This document shows positions 45,416 to 53,844 of a DNA stretch of 64,000 bases, piece after piece (position 1 is the stretch's first letter; each line of letters begins with the position of its first letter). The notes below the pieces were generated by a model, which was not told the DNA's origin, made no database searches, and was given only the letters and a program-made list of their open reading frames with translations. The translations under genes were made by a program, and so were the position numbers. Location of the stretch: positions 3,761 to 67,760 of the forward strand of contig CALXFW010000059.1 in assembly GCA_944387685.1 (NCBI GenBank). The letters are read 5' to 3'. Source of the DNA: an uncultured Oscillospiraceae bacterium. GTDB taxonomy: Bacteria > Bacillota > Clostridia > Oscillospirales > Oscillospiraceae.

Positions 45416-48400
45416 AGCCAATCGTTCTGACCATGCAGGCCTTCGGCTCCTATGGGAACAAGACCACCATCGATTTTACAAAGCCCACTCAAAATCTGTT
45501 TCTGGTCACCGGGGACACCGGCGCCGGAAAGAGCACCATATTCGACGCCATCGTATTCGCCTTGTATGGGGAGGCCAGCTCCTCCAGCAACAAGAAGGAT
45601 GGAACGGAGCTGCAAAGCCAATATGTGGGCTATGGAACCAAGCCCTTTGTGGAACTGACCTTCTCTGAGGCTCAGGGGGGTGAAAACCAGGTCTATACCG
45701 TTCGCCGCACCCCCCGCCACCTGCGGCCCCTGAAAAAAGGGAACGGGGTGAAGGAGGAGAAGGAGTCCGTCTGCCTGATTCTCCCGGACGGCTCGGAATA
45801 TTCCCAGAATCAGAAGGAAACCGATGGAAAGCTGGAGCAGATTGTGGGCCTGACCAAGAGCCAGTTTATGCAGATTGCCATGATCGCCCAGGGAGAATTC
45901 ATGGAGCTGCTGCGGGCAGACTCCAATAAGAAAAGGGAAATTTTCCGCAAGCTGTTCCACACGGAGCAATACCGGGACATTGTGGAAGAGCTGAAACGCC
46001 GGCGGGAGAACAAGCAGGCCCAGATTCTGCAAATTCGCACCATCTGCCAGACCGAGGCGGGGCACATTACCCTGCCCCCTTTCTGTCCGGACACCCAAGA
46101 GCTGGCAGACCTCCAGCACCGGGTCTGTACCGGTGATCGGCTGAATCCGGTGGAGCTGGAGCAGCTTCTGGAGCAGCTGGAGAGCCTGTGCAGCTGGCTG
46201 ACGGAGCAGCGTGCCGCCGCCGAAGGGGAAAGCCGCCGGGCCGGGACGCTGCGGGATCAGGCCCGGGACGCCTGCCGCCAGGCGGAAATGCTGCTGTCCA
46301 GCTATGTCCAGCTGGAATCCGCCGATGCCCAGCTGCTCGCCTGCGCAGAGGAAGCGCCTCAGATGCAGGCACACACCCTTCTGCTTGCCCAGATGCAGAA
46401 TGCCTATGAGGTACAGGCCGTCTATCGGCGCTGTGCCGACGGGGAAAAAGCAGTGGAGGATACCCAGGTCCGTCTTCAGGCCCAGCAGCAGCTTCTGCCC
46501 GGGTTGACGGAGCTGGCCGCTCAGGCAGAGGCAGAAGCCCGGCAGGCCAGGCAGATTCAGGAAAAAACCCTGGAAGCCTGTACAGCCCTTTCCCATCGGG
46601 TGACCCACTACCTGGAGGTGTTGGAACGCATCCGTCAGGCCCAGGCTCAGGTTCGGGCAGGGAACCAGGCGCTCTCTCAGGCTGAGGCGGACACCAATTC
46701 CGCAAAGGCAGCCCTGGAGACGCTGGAAAAAAACCGGCAGCGCTGGCAGGCGCAGATACAGGACCTGTCCGGGGTGCCGGAGGCGCGTCTGCACTGGGAA
46801 ACCCAGAAAAAAGCCGCCCAGACTGCCGCTCAGGAATGGCAGTCCCTTCAGGAGCGGGAGCAGTCCCTCGCCCGGCAGCGGGAGAGATCGTCTCAGGCGC
46901 AGGCCGACTACATCGCCGCCCGGCAGGCCTTCGCACAGGCCACCGAAGCCTTTCTGAATCAGCAGACCCGGTTTCTGGATGCTCAGGCGGGATTTCTGGC
47001 CAGGGAAAAGCTGAAACCCGGTCTTCCCTGTCCGGTTTGCGGCTCCCGGGAGCATCCCGCTCCCTGCCTGCTGCCGGAGGACCTTCCCCCGGTGAGCCGG
47101 GAGCAGATTGATGCACTGGCTGCGGAAGCGGCCCGGCGGCAGGAGGCTCTCACCAAAGCCTCCGCCCTGGCAGGAGCAGAAGAAAACCGGGTCACGGAAC
47201 TTGCGCGCAGCGCCGAAGATTCCCTTCTCCGGCTGAGGCGGATGCTGGCCGAGCACCTGCCGGAGCAAATCGAAAACTGGACTGCGGAGCAGGCAGGTCA
47301 TATCCTCGATGCCTGGTCTGCCCAACTGGATTGCCAGGGCACCCGGCTTCAGGAGCAGGCAGATGCCCTGGCGCAGGCGAGAAATTCTCTGGAAACCATT
47401 GACGAAACCAAGCTTCAGCTGGCGGATGCCCTGGCACAGGCGGAAGCCCGGCTCAGCGATGCCAAGGCGCAGGCCGCCGCAGGAGAGGCGGCTCTGGAAA
47501 GTTACCGGCAGCAGCTGGACTTTCCGGACGAAGCTTCCGCACGACAGGCGCAGGCGCAGGCAAACCGAGAAAGAACGCAGGCGGATTCCCGGTACACCGC
47601 CGCACGGCAGGCGGAGCAGGAAGCCATTGCCGCCCGGGAGGCCGCCCGGGCCCAGATCCGCCGGTGTCAGGAGGACCTGCCCGGCCTGCTGGAGGAGCTG
47701 GCACAGCGGAAAGCCGCCTACCATGCGCTTCTGGAGGCACACGCACTCTCTGAGTCCCAGTGGCAGGAAGTGGTGCTCAACCACGAAAAGGGAGAAATGG
47801 AAGTCCTCCGGAATCTCCTCCACACCCACGCCACCCGCAAAGCCGCAGCGGAAGGCGCCCGGGACACGGCCCTGGCCGCCATTGCCGGACGCCCCCGCCC
47901 AGACAAACCACAACTGGAGGAAAATCTGGCCCAGGCCGAGTCCCAGTGGCAGACAGCCCGGGAACGTCAGAACGCCCTCGCCGCCGCCTGGGAAACCAAC
48001 ACCCGCGCCCTGGCGGCCCTGTCCTCCCAGCGGGAGGAACGCACCCGGCTGGCCCGGGAGTTCGCCCAGGTGGACAGCCTGTATCAGCGGCTGTCCGGGA
48101 AGGTATCCGGCGCCAGAATGGACATAGAGACCTACGTCCAGCGGTGCTATCTCCAACGGATTCTGGCAGGGGCCAACCTCCGGCTGGGACGGATGTCCGC
48201 CGGACAATTTGAAATGCGGCTGGTGTCGGAGTCCCAGGCCGGAGAAGGAAAAAACCGGGGGCTGGATCTGATGGTCTATTCCACCGTCACCGGCAAGGAG
48301 CGGGAGGTGCGCACCCTGTCCGGCGGAGAGTCCTTCCTGGCGGCCCTGTCCCTGGCCCTGGGCATGGCGGACCAGATTCAGGAGCGCACCGCCTCCATCC

Positions 48401-48609
48401 ATCTGGACATCCTGTTTGTGGACGAGGGCTTTGGTTCCCTGGATGACCACGCCCGGAGCCAGGCGGTGAAGGTCCTGCGCCAGATGGCCGGAGGCGAAAA
48501 GCTCATCGGCATCATATCCCATGTATCGGAGCTGAAGCAGGAAATCGAAAACCAGCTGGCTGTCACCAAGGACAGAGACGGCAGCCATGTCCGCTGGTCC
48601 GTCAGCTGA
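45412..48609 (+). CDS. sbcC: SbcC SMC-like ATPase subunit
   Basis: GDTGAGKST, QGEF, coiled coil with CPVCGS zinc hook, LSGGE, DEGFG and ISH motifs. Confidence 0.94.
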   Translation: MKPIVLTMQAFGSYGNKTTIDFTKPTQNLFLVTGDTGAGKSTIFDAIVFALYGEASSSSNKKDGTELQSQYVGYGTKPFVELTFSEAQGGENQVYTVRRTPRHLRPLKKGNGVKEEKESVCLILPDGSEYSQNQKETDGKLEQIVGLTKSQFMQIAMIAQGEFMELLRADSNKKREIFRKLFHTEQYRDIVEELKRRRENKQAQILQIRTICQTEAGHITLPPFCPDTQELADLQHRVCTGDRLNPVELEQLLEQLESLCSWLTEQRAAAEGESRRAGTLRDQARDACRQAEMLLSSYVQLESADAQLLACAEEAPQMQAHTLLLAQMQNAYEVQAVYRRCADGEKAVEDTQVRLQAQQQLLPGLTELAAQAEAEARQARQIQEKTLEACTALSHRVTHYLEVLERIRQAQAQVRAGNQALSQAEADTNSAKAALETLEKNRQRWQAQIQDLSGVPEARLHWETQKKAAQTAAQEWQSLQEREQSLARQRERSSQAQADYIAARQAFAQATEAFLNQQTRFLDAQAGFLAREKLKPGLPCPVCGSREHPAPCLLPEDLPPVSREQIDALAAEAARRQEALTKASALAGAEENRVTELARSAEDSLLRLRRMLAEHLPEQIENWTAEQAGHILDAWSAQLDCQGTRLQEQADALAQARNSLETIDETKLQLADALAQAEARLSDAKAQAAAGEAALESYRQQLDFPDEASARQAQAQANRERTQADSRYTAARQAEQEAIAAREAARAQIRRCQEDLPGLLEELAQRKAAYHALLEAHALSESQWQEVVLNHEKGEMEVLRNLLHTHATRKAAAEGARDTALAAIAGRPRPDKPQLEENLAQAESQWQTARERQNALAAAWETNTRALAALSSQREERTRLAREFAQVDSLYQRLSGKVSGARMDIETYVQRCYLQRILAGANLRLGRMSAGQFEMRLVSESQAGEGKNRGLDLMVYSTVTGKEREVRTLSGGESFLAALSLALGMADQIQERTASIHLDILFVDEGFGSLDDHARSQAVKVLRQMAGGEKLIGIISHVSELKQEIENQLAVTKDRDGSHVRWSVS

Positions 48610-48622
48610 AAGGAGGCCATCC

Positions 48623-48940
48623 ATGAAGCAATGCCGCATTACCGTTATGCGGATGGCATCGTATCCCGACCTGTCCGCCCAATATGAAAATCCCATGGAC
48701 CATCCCTGTGACCTCAGCCAGGGCCAGGTATTTCTCGCCAACGGCTGGCAGAAGCCGGAGGGTCTCTGCCAGAGCGCCTGGGACAGTATGTCCCCCTTTG
48801 TGCTGGCCCTGAGCCACGGGGGCCAGGGGCTGTACGGCGGATGGATGAAAAACCCCAGATCCGCCATGATCTCCTGCAACGACGGCTTCCGGCCGGTGAG
48901 CTTCCTGATTGAAGCGCTGGAGGAGGACGCCGTTCCCTGA
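48623..48940 (+). CDS. TIGR04076 family protein
   Basis: KPEGLC.SAW and SCNDGFRPVSF.IE motifs. Confidence 0.8.
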   Translation: MKQCRITVMRMASYPDLSAQYENPMDHPCDLSQGQVFLANGWQKPEGLCQSAWDSMSPFVLALSHGGQGLYGGWMKNPRSAMISCNDGFRPVSFLIEALEEDAVP

Positions 48941-48994
48941 CCTGTATGCAAGGCCCTGCAATTCACTCCATTCCTTAAAGAAAGAAGCGTTGCT

Positions 48995-50275
48995 ATGTCA
49001 CTGCTTGATACCATGCACCATCCGGAGAAATACGGAAAAACCCTGCTGAAATGGGGCTCCCTGGGAATTCTGGTGGGAATTCTTGGGGGCCTGATCGGAG
49101 CCGGGTTCCACCACGTCCTGCATTTTGTAACCCAGCTGCGGCTCAGCCACCCTTGGGTGCTGTTCCTTCTTCCCCTGGGCGGTCTGCTGACCCTGGGCAT
49201 TTACCGGCTGTTCCGGCTGAGAAACAACCGGGGCACCAACGAGGTTATTGATGCCATTCTCAACGACGGCACCGTATCCCCCGCCGTGGCTCCGGCGATT
49301 TTCCTGGCCACGGCCATTACCCACTTCCTGGGCGGCTCCGCCGGGCGGGAGGGGGCTGCATTGCAGCTGGGCGGCTCCACTGCCTCTTTGCTGGGCAGTC
49401 TGCTGAAGCTGAAGGAGAACGAGCACGCAGTTCTGACCATGGCGGGTATGGCGGCGGTGTTTTCCGGGCTGTTCGGCACCCCCCTCACCGCCACCCTGTT
49501 TACCATGGAGTTTGCCTCGGTGGGCACCATTTTCTCCCCCGCACTGCTGCCCTGCTATCTGGCGGCCTTCACGGCCAGCCGGGTATCCCTTGCTCTGGGC
49601 GTTCACCCGGAAACCTTTGCGCTGGCAGATGCCACCCCATTTTCCCTGTTACAGGGCGGCCAGCTGGCGCTGCTGGGCGTTGCCGTGGGCATTCTGGGCA
49701 TTCTCATGTGCTTCTTTTTCCACCAGGCGGAGCACTTTGCCAAGAAAGCGCTGCCCAACAGCGCCCTGCGGATCGTCATTGGCGGCCTCGTGGTGGTGGC
49801 TATGACCCTGCTGGTGGGAGACCACCGCTATAACGGTGCGGGCATGGACATGGCGCTGAAAGCGGTGGGCGGGAGCGCCGACTGGTACGACTTTCTGTTA
49901 AAGCTGCTCTTTACCGCCGTCACCCTGTCCGCCGGATTCAAGGGCGGCGAAATCGTCCCCACCTTCTGCATCGGTGCAACCTTCGGCTGTGTTGCAGGCG
50001 GACTGCTGGGACTGGACCCGGGATTTGCCGCCGCACTGGGGCTGGTGGGACTGTTCTGCTGCGTAACCAACAGCCCCATCGCCGCCATGGTGCTCAGCGT
50101 GGAGATGTTCGGCAGCGGGAATCTGCCTCTGTTTGCCCTGGTGTGCGTAATTGGCTTCGTCATCTCCGGAAACTGGGGGCTTTACAGCAGTCAGATTGTT
50201 CAGTTCTCCAAATCCCGGATGGTAAAGCGCCGGTACGGCGCTGCGGCAAGTCTTTTCTCTGCGGATCCGGAATAG
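48995..50275 (+). CDS. ClC/EriC-family anion channel or antiporter
   Basis: GGSAGREGAALQ, FGTPL and GFKGGEIVP motifs. Confidence 0.9.
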   Translation: MSLLDTMHHPEKYGKTLLKWGSLGILVGILGGLIGAGFHHVLHFVTQLRLSHPWVLFLLPLGGLLTLGIYRLFRLRNNRGTNEVIDAILNDGTVSPAVAPAIFLATAITHFLGGSAGREGAALQLGGSTASLLGSLLKLKENEHAVLTMAGMAAVFSGLFGTPLTATLFTMEFASVGTIFSPALLPCYLAAFTASRVSLALGVHPETFALADATPFSLLQGGQLALLGVAVGILGILMCFFFHQAEHFAKKALPNSALRIVIGGLVVVAMTLLVGDHRYNGAGMDMALKAVGGSADWYDFLLKLLFTAVTLSAGFKGGEIVPTFCIGATFGCVAGGLLGLDPGFAAALGLVGLFCCVTNSPIAAMVLSVEMFGSGNLPLFALVCVIGFVISGNWGLYSSQIVQFSKSRMVKRRYGAAASLFSADPE

Positions 50276-50378
50276 CTTCTTCTCCGTGTTTTGCTGTCAG
50301 ATACACCGATTGTCCATATCCAGAACGGGATTTTCCGATCCTATTGCAAGACTCCAGATATTGAACCGGGAGGTAACG

Positions 50379-51977
50379 ATGAAAAACCATCTGATTTGCC
50401 GGGATTCTGCCCGCCGCATTGTTATTGTTCTGTCCGTATCGTGCATTCTGGTGCACCTGGGCCTGTTTGCTTTTTTGAATTTCCGCGGTTTTGCTCTGTT
50501 CTGCAATTCCGATGTCTATTCTGACTGTCAGGTTGCCGTAAAAATGTGGGAGCAAAAAACTCTGTTCCCACAGGGGTGGAATTTTAGGAACCAGTATTAT
50601 GTCATCGCCACACCCGTTTGGGCTGCTCTGCTGTATGGTCTGACCGGCGATATCAATACGGCGATGGTCCTGGCTACCGAATTGATGACGCTCTTTATCA
50701 TGTTGTCTTTTCTTTGGCTCCTGGGTGGGTTTACCCGCGACAGCCTCAGCATGGCAGCCGGCTGCCTTCTGCTGATTGCCTCGGTAGTCTGCCCCTGGGG
50801 GGCAAGTTCTTTGAACTCCCTGCTGTTCTTTTCTCAGGCGAGCTTCTATGCGTGCTATTTGGTGACCCTTTTCGTGGTTTTTGGCGACTATACCCGCTCA
50901 TTTTCCCCATCCAAGGGAAGCATATGGGCATGGTGTCTTGCTCTGTTTCTGTGCTTCGCCACCGGAATGCAAAGTCTGCGCCAAACCGCCATTACAATTC
51001 TGCCCATAATGGCATATGAGCTGTTCTGTGCTCTGCGACGGATTTTGAAGGGAAATCCTCCCTGGACAAAGGAAAACCGAAACTCCCTCCTTCACGCGGC
51101 CAGCTACGCTCTGGCAAATGCCGCCGGCATTCTGGTAATCCGTCTTTTGGACATTCCCAGAGAAGCCATATACAGCGACGCGCCGGGAAGCGCCGTCCAA
51201 TCCTTATCCCAGAAAATGGAGGCTGTCGGCAGCGCACTATGGGAAATAACCAGCCTGGACTATATCCTTCAGGGCGACTACTCCAGACTGATCGGGCTGG
51301 TCATCCTGTATATGATCGGCCTTGCGCTCCTTGCCTCTGTTCTCTGGCTCCGGCGCATACACAGGCAGGAGAACGGGTTGGAGCAATGCTGGATTCTGTG
51401 CCTGATCGGAATCGCCGGCGTCCTTCTGGCAACGGTCATTCTGCCTGTGAAACTCCGCTCCATTTATATTTTCATGTGGTTTCCTCTGGTGGCTTTTTCC
51501 GGACTGATGCTCCTGAACCGGTTCTCCTTCCCCCTGAAATGCGGCTTCACCGTTCTGAGCTGCCTCGTGAGCCTGGCAGGCCTGGTATACTGTTATTCCC
51601 CCTCTGTCGTTATGGCTGCGGAGAATTCCCCTCCGTATGAAGCCCAGCTCTGTCAATGGGCTGTGGACAGCGGATACGACTATATCTACGGCGAATACTG
51701 GGGAACCGCACCGCAGATAGCTGTTTTCTCCCACGGTGAGCTGACGGCGGGTTCCTGGCATTCCAGTGACAACGTGTTCTATGTGGAAGCGGCCAACACC
51801 CCCCAGGATATCTACGGACCGGAAGAAAACGAAAAGGCCATTTACGTTTTCACTTCCAGTGATGAGGCAGCCGGATTGGCAGCAGCCAAGGCTCAGAATG
51901 TGCAGATGGAAAAGATTGGGGAATTCGGCGATTTCCGTGTCTACACCTCGCCGGTGCCCTTGATGCGGAAATGGTAG
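50379..51977 (+). CDS. Polytopic membrane protein, putative GT-C glycosyltransferase
   Basis: About 11 TM helices, NSD motif in the first loop followed by LFP.GW, soluble C-terminus with YGEYW. Confidence 0.5.
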   Translation: MKNHLICRDSARRIVIVLSVSCILVHLGLFAFLNFRGFALFCNSDVYSDCQVAVKMWEQKTLFPQGWNFRNQYYVIATPVWAALLYGLTGDINTAMVLATELMTLFIMLSFLWLLGGFTRDSLSMAAGCLLLIASVVCPWGASSLNSLLFFSQASFYACYLVTLFVVFGDYTRSFSPSKGSIWAWCLALFLCFATGMQSLRQTAITILPIMAYELFCALRRILKGNPPWTKENRNSLLHAASYALANAAGILVIRLLDIPREAIYSDAPGSAVQSLSQKMEAVGSALWEITSLDYILQGDYSRLIGLVILYMIGLALLASVLWLRRIHRQENGLEQCWILCLIGIAGVLLATVILPVKLRSIYIFMWFPLVAFSGLMLLNRFSFPLKCGFTVLSCLVSLAGLVYCYSPSVVMAAENSPPYEAQLCQWAVDSGYDYIYGEYWGTAPQIAVFSHGELTAGSWHSSDNVFYVEAANTPQDIYGPEENEKAIYVFTSSDEAAGLAAAKAQNVQMEKIGEFGDFRVYTSPVPLMRKW

Positions 51978-52065
51978 ACCATGTTCTCCTTTCCCCGGAG
52001 TTTTCGCCCGATTGACGTCCTGCCTTCCAAGACGCTTGGGAACCGCTGTCGGATTCCCATACATA

Positions 52066-52108
52066 AAGCAGCAGGCCGTGGGCATCGGATGCCCACGGCC
52101 TGCTGCTT
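52066..52108. terminator. Long perfect inverted repeat between convergent genes
   Basis: AAGCAGCAGGCCGTGGGCATC-G-GATGCCCACGGCCTGCTGCTT (21-bp arms). Confidence 0.65.
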
Positions 52109-52149
52109 CCATATGATTGATTTTACATTCTAAAAAACTGTCTTCCGGG

Positions 52150-52986
52150 TCAGCTGCGGTTCTTTTCCGTCACCTGTTCCTCCCGGCCCAGCGAATTGGC
52201 CAAAGCGGCGCAGAGAATCACCCCGCCGCCCAGCCATTCCCGGGTGCTGGGCATCTCCCCCAAGAACAGCATGGCGTACAAAACCGCATATACCGTCTCC
52301 ATACCGGAAATGATTCCCGCTGTCTGGGCCTTCACCCGCCTCTGTGCGGACACATACAAGCTGTGGGCAAAGGCCGTACAGGCAAAACCCAGCACCCCGA
52401 TAGCCGCGGCATCCTGAATCCGCCACGGAACATCCGACACCAGCACAGCAGGCAGCAAAAGCACCGCCGCCGTCGCCTGCTCATACAGGCAGACCACATT
52501 GGCCGGGTATCTGCCGGACAGGTATCGGTTAAACAGGGACAGCACACCGTAGGACAGGCTGGAAACCAGCCCCCAGAGCACCCCCACGGTCACGGGATTC
52601 TCCAGGGAAAATTCCGGAATGGTGATTCCCACGCCCAACACCAGGACGCAGGCCCACAGAACACTCCGCCCCCGGACGGCTTCCCGAAACACCAGCGGCT
52701 CCAGAACCGTCAGAAACAAGGGGAATGCCGCAAAGGTGATGGTTCCCACCGCTACGGAGGATGTCTGAATGGACAGGAAAAAAGTCGTCCAGTGAATTGC
52801 CAGCACTGCCCCTGCACCTGCGGCCAGAGCATAATCCCGGAGACAGCGCAACGACAAAGGCCCCTTCCGGATACGGGCAAACGCCAGCAGTGCCAGGGAG
52901 GAGCAGATCACACGCCCTCCGGCGATGCAGACCGCCGGAAGGGAAATCCACTGCCCCAGCACGGCAGACAGGCCAAACAGCATCAC
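52150..52986 (-). CDS. DMT/EamA-family transporter (start uncertain)
   Basis: About 10 TM helices, AIHWTTFF, FPLF...EP and ETVYA motifs. Nearest in-frame start given; see findings. Confidence 0.8.
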   Translation of the reverse strand: MMLFGLSAVLGQWISLPAVCIAGGRVICSSLALLAFARIRKGPLSLRCLRDYALAAGAGAVLAIHWTTFFLSIQTSSVAVGTITFAAFPLFLTVLEPLVFREAVRGRSVLWACVLVLGVGITIPEFSLENPVTVGVLWGLVSSLSYGVLSLFNRYLSGRYPANVVCLYEQATAAVLLLPAVLVSDVPWRIQDAAAIGVLGFACTAFAHSLYVSAQRRVKAQTAGIISGMETVYAVLYAMLFLGEMPSTREWLGGGVILCAALANSLGREEQVTEKNRS

Positions 52987-53047
52987 CGCGCCATGCAGGG
53001 TCAGAATGCTGCGGCGATAAACCGGGTCCGGTGCACTGCTCTGCTCC

Positions 53048-53377
53048 TTACATCTTCTCAAATTGCTCCACCGGGGTGACAAACACCGTGGCGCCCCCTA
53101 TTACAACCGAGGACATAGGCAGGCCCATATCCAGTTCTCCCCCGGTGGGCATCACCGGCACTGGTGTACTGACGGTCCGCTTGCGGCTGTTGCTGCGGAT
53201 GATCTCCAGTGCTCTGGCAACCCGATCATCCTCCGTACCCAGCAGCAGGGTCGTGTTGCCGCTGCGCAGGAAGCCGCCGGTGGTGCTCATTTTGGTGAAA
53301 TAAAAGCCCTCCGCACGCAGGCTGCCGCAGACGGCGTCGCTGTCGTTGTTATTGATAATGGCGGTAATCATTTTCAT
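53048..53377 (-). CDS. darA: PII-like cyclic-di-AMP receptor (DarA/PstA)
   Basis: TKMSTTGGFLRSGNTTLLLG and GGATVFV motifs; TTTACA-17-TACAAT promoter at 53459-53431. Confidence 0.9.
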   Translation of the reverse strand: MKMITAIINNNDSDAVCGSLRAEGFYFTKMSTTGGFLRSGNTTLLLGTEDDRVARALEIIRSNSRKRTVSTPVPVMPTGGELDMGLPMSSVVIGGATVFVTPVEQFEKM

Positions 53378-53592
53378 GGTCTTAAATCCTTTCTCTTTCC
53401 GGGAGCGGCGCTCCCAACTGGAACACCCTCATTGTACCCCGCATAACTCCCGGTGTAAAGGGAAAATTCTCCGGAATCGGAAATTTCCTTCCCAACGAGT
53501 CCCTTCGTTCTCCTCAAGAGAACGAGACAGGATGCAGGCGCAGAGGTCTGGACAGGCCTGCCGCCCCTTTTCCGTGCCTCTGCCAATGACAC

Positions 53593-53630
53593 AAGAAAAA
53601 CCCGGCATTCCTGACGGAACACCGGGTTTT
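53593..53630 (-). terminator. Terminator after the tRNA
   Basis: AAAACCCGGTGTTCC-GTCA-GGAATGCCGGGTTTTTCTT on the minus strand. Confidence 0.8.
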
Positions 53631-53631
53631 A

Positions 53632-53723
53632 TGGCGGAGAAGGAGGGATTTGAACCCTCGATACCCTTTTGGGGTATACACGATTTCCAATCGTGCGCGC
53701 TCGGCCAGCTACGCGACTTCTCC
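53632..53723 (-). tRNA. tRNA-Ser (anticodon GGA)
   Basis: GGAGAAG/CTTCTCC acceptor stem plus G-CCA, anticodon arm CACGA-TTGGAAA-TCGTG, long variable arm, GGTTCAAATCC T-loop; TTGACA-17-TATGAT promoter at 53782-53754. Confidence 0.97.
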
Positions 53724-53844
53724 ATACGCACAGCTCACGCTGCCAGCCCGGATATCATACAACACTTCCCGCCCTTTGTCAAGAACTTTCTTCCAGAATT
53801 CCAGAAAATTTTCTTCCCCGCCGGAGCTCCGGCGGGGACGGTTC

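Noticed and set aside
44267-48940. sbcDC + TIGR04076 as an SMC-type defence system
   Set aside because: Canonical SbcCD motifs, host-like composition and no Wadjet or Lamassu partner genes; it is ordinary DNA repair.
53378-53723. tRNA-Ser as a genomic-island attachment site
   Set aside because: No integrase, no duplicated tRNA 3' end seen, and the tRNA is followed directly by its terminator and darA.
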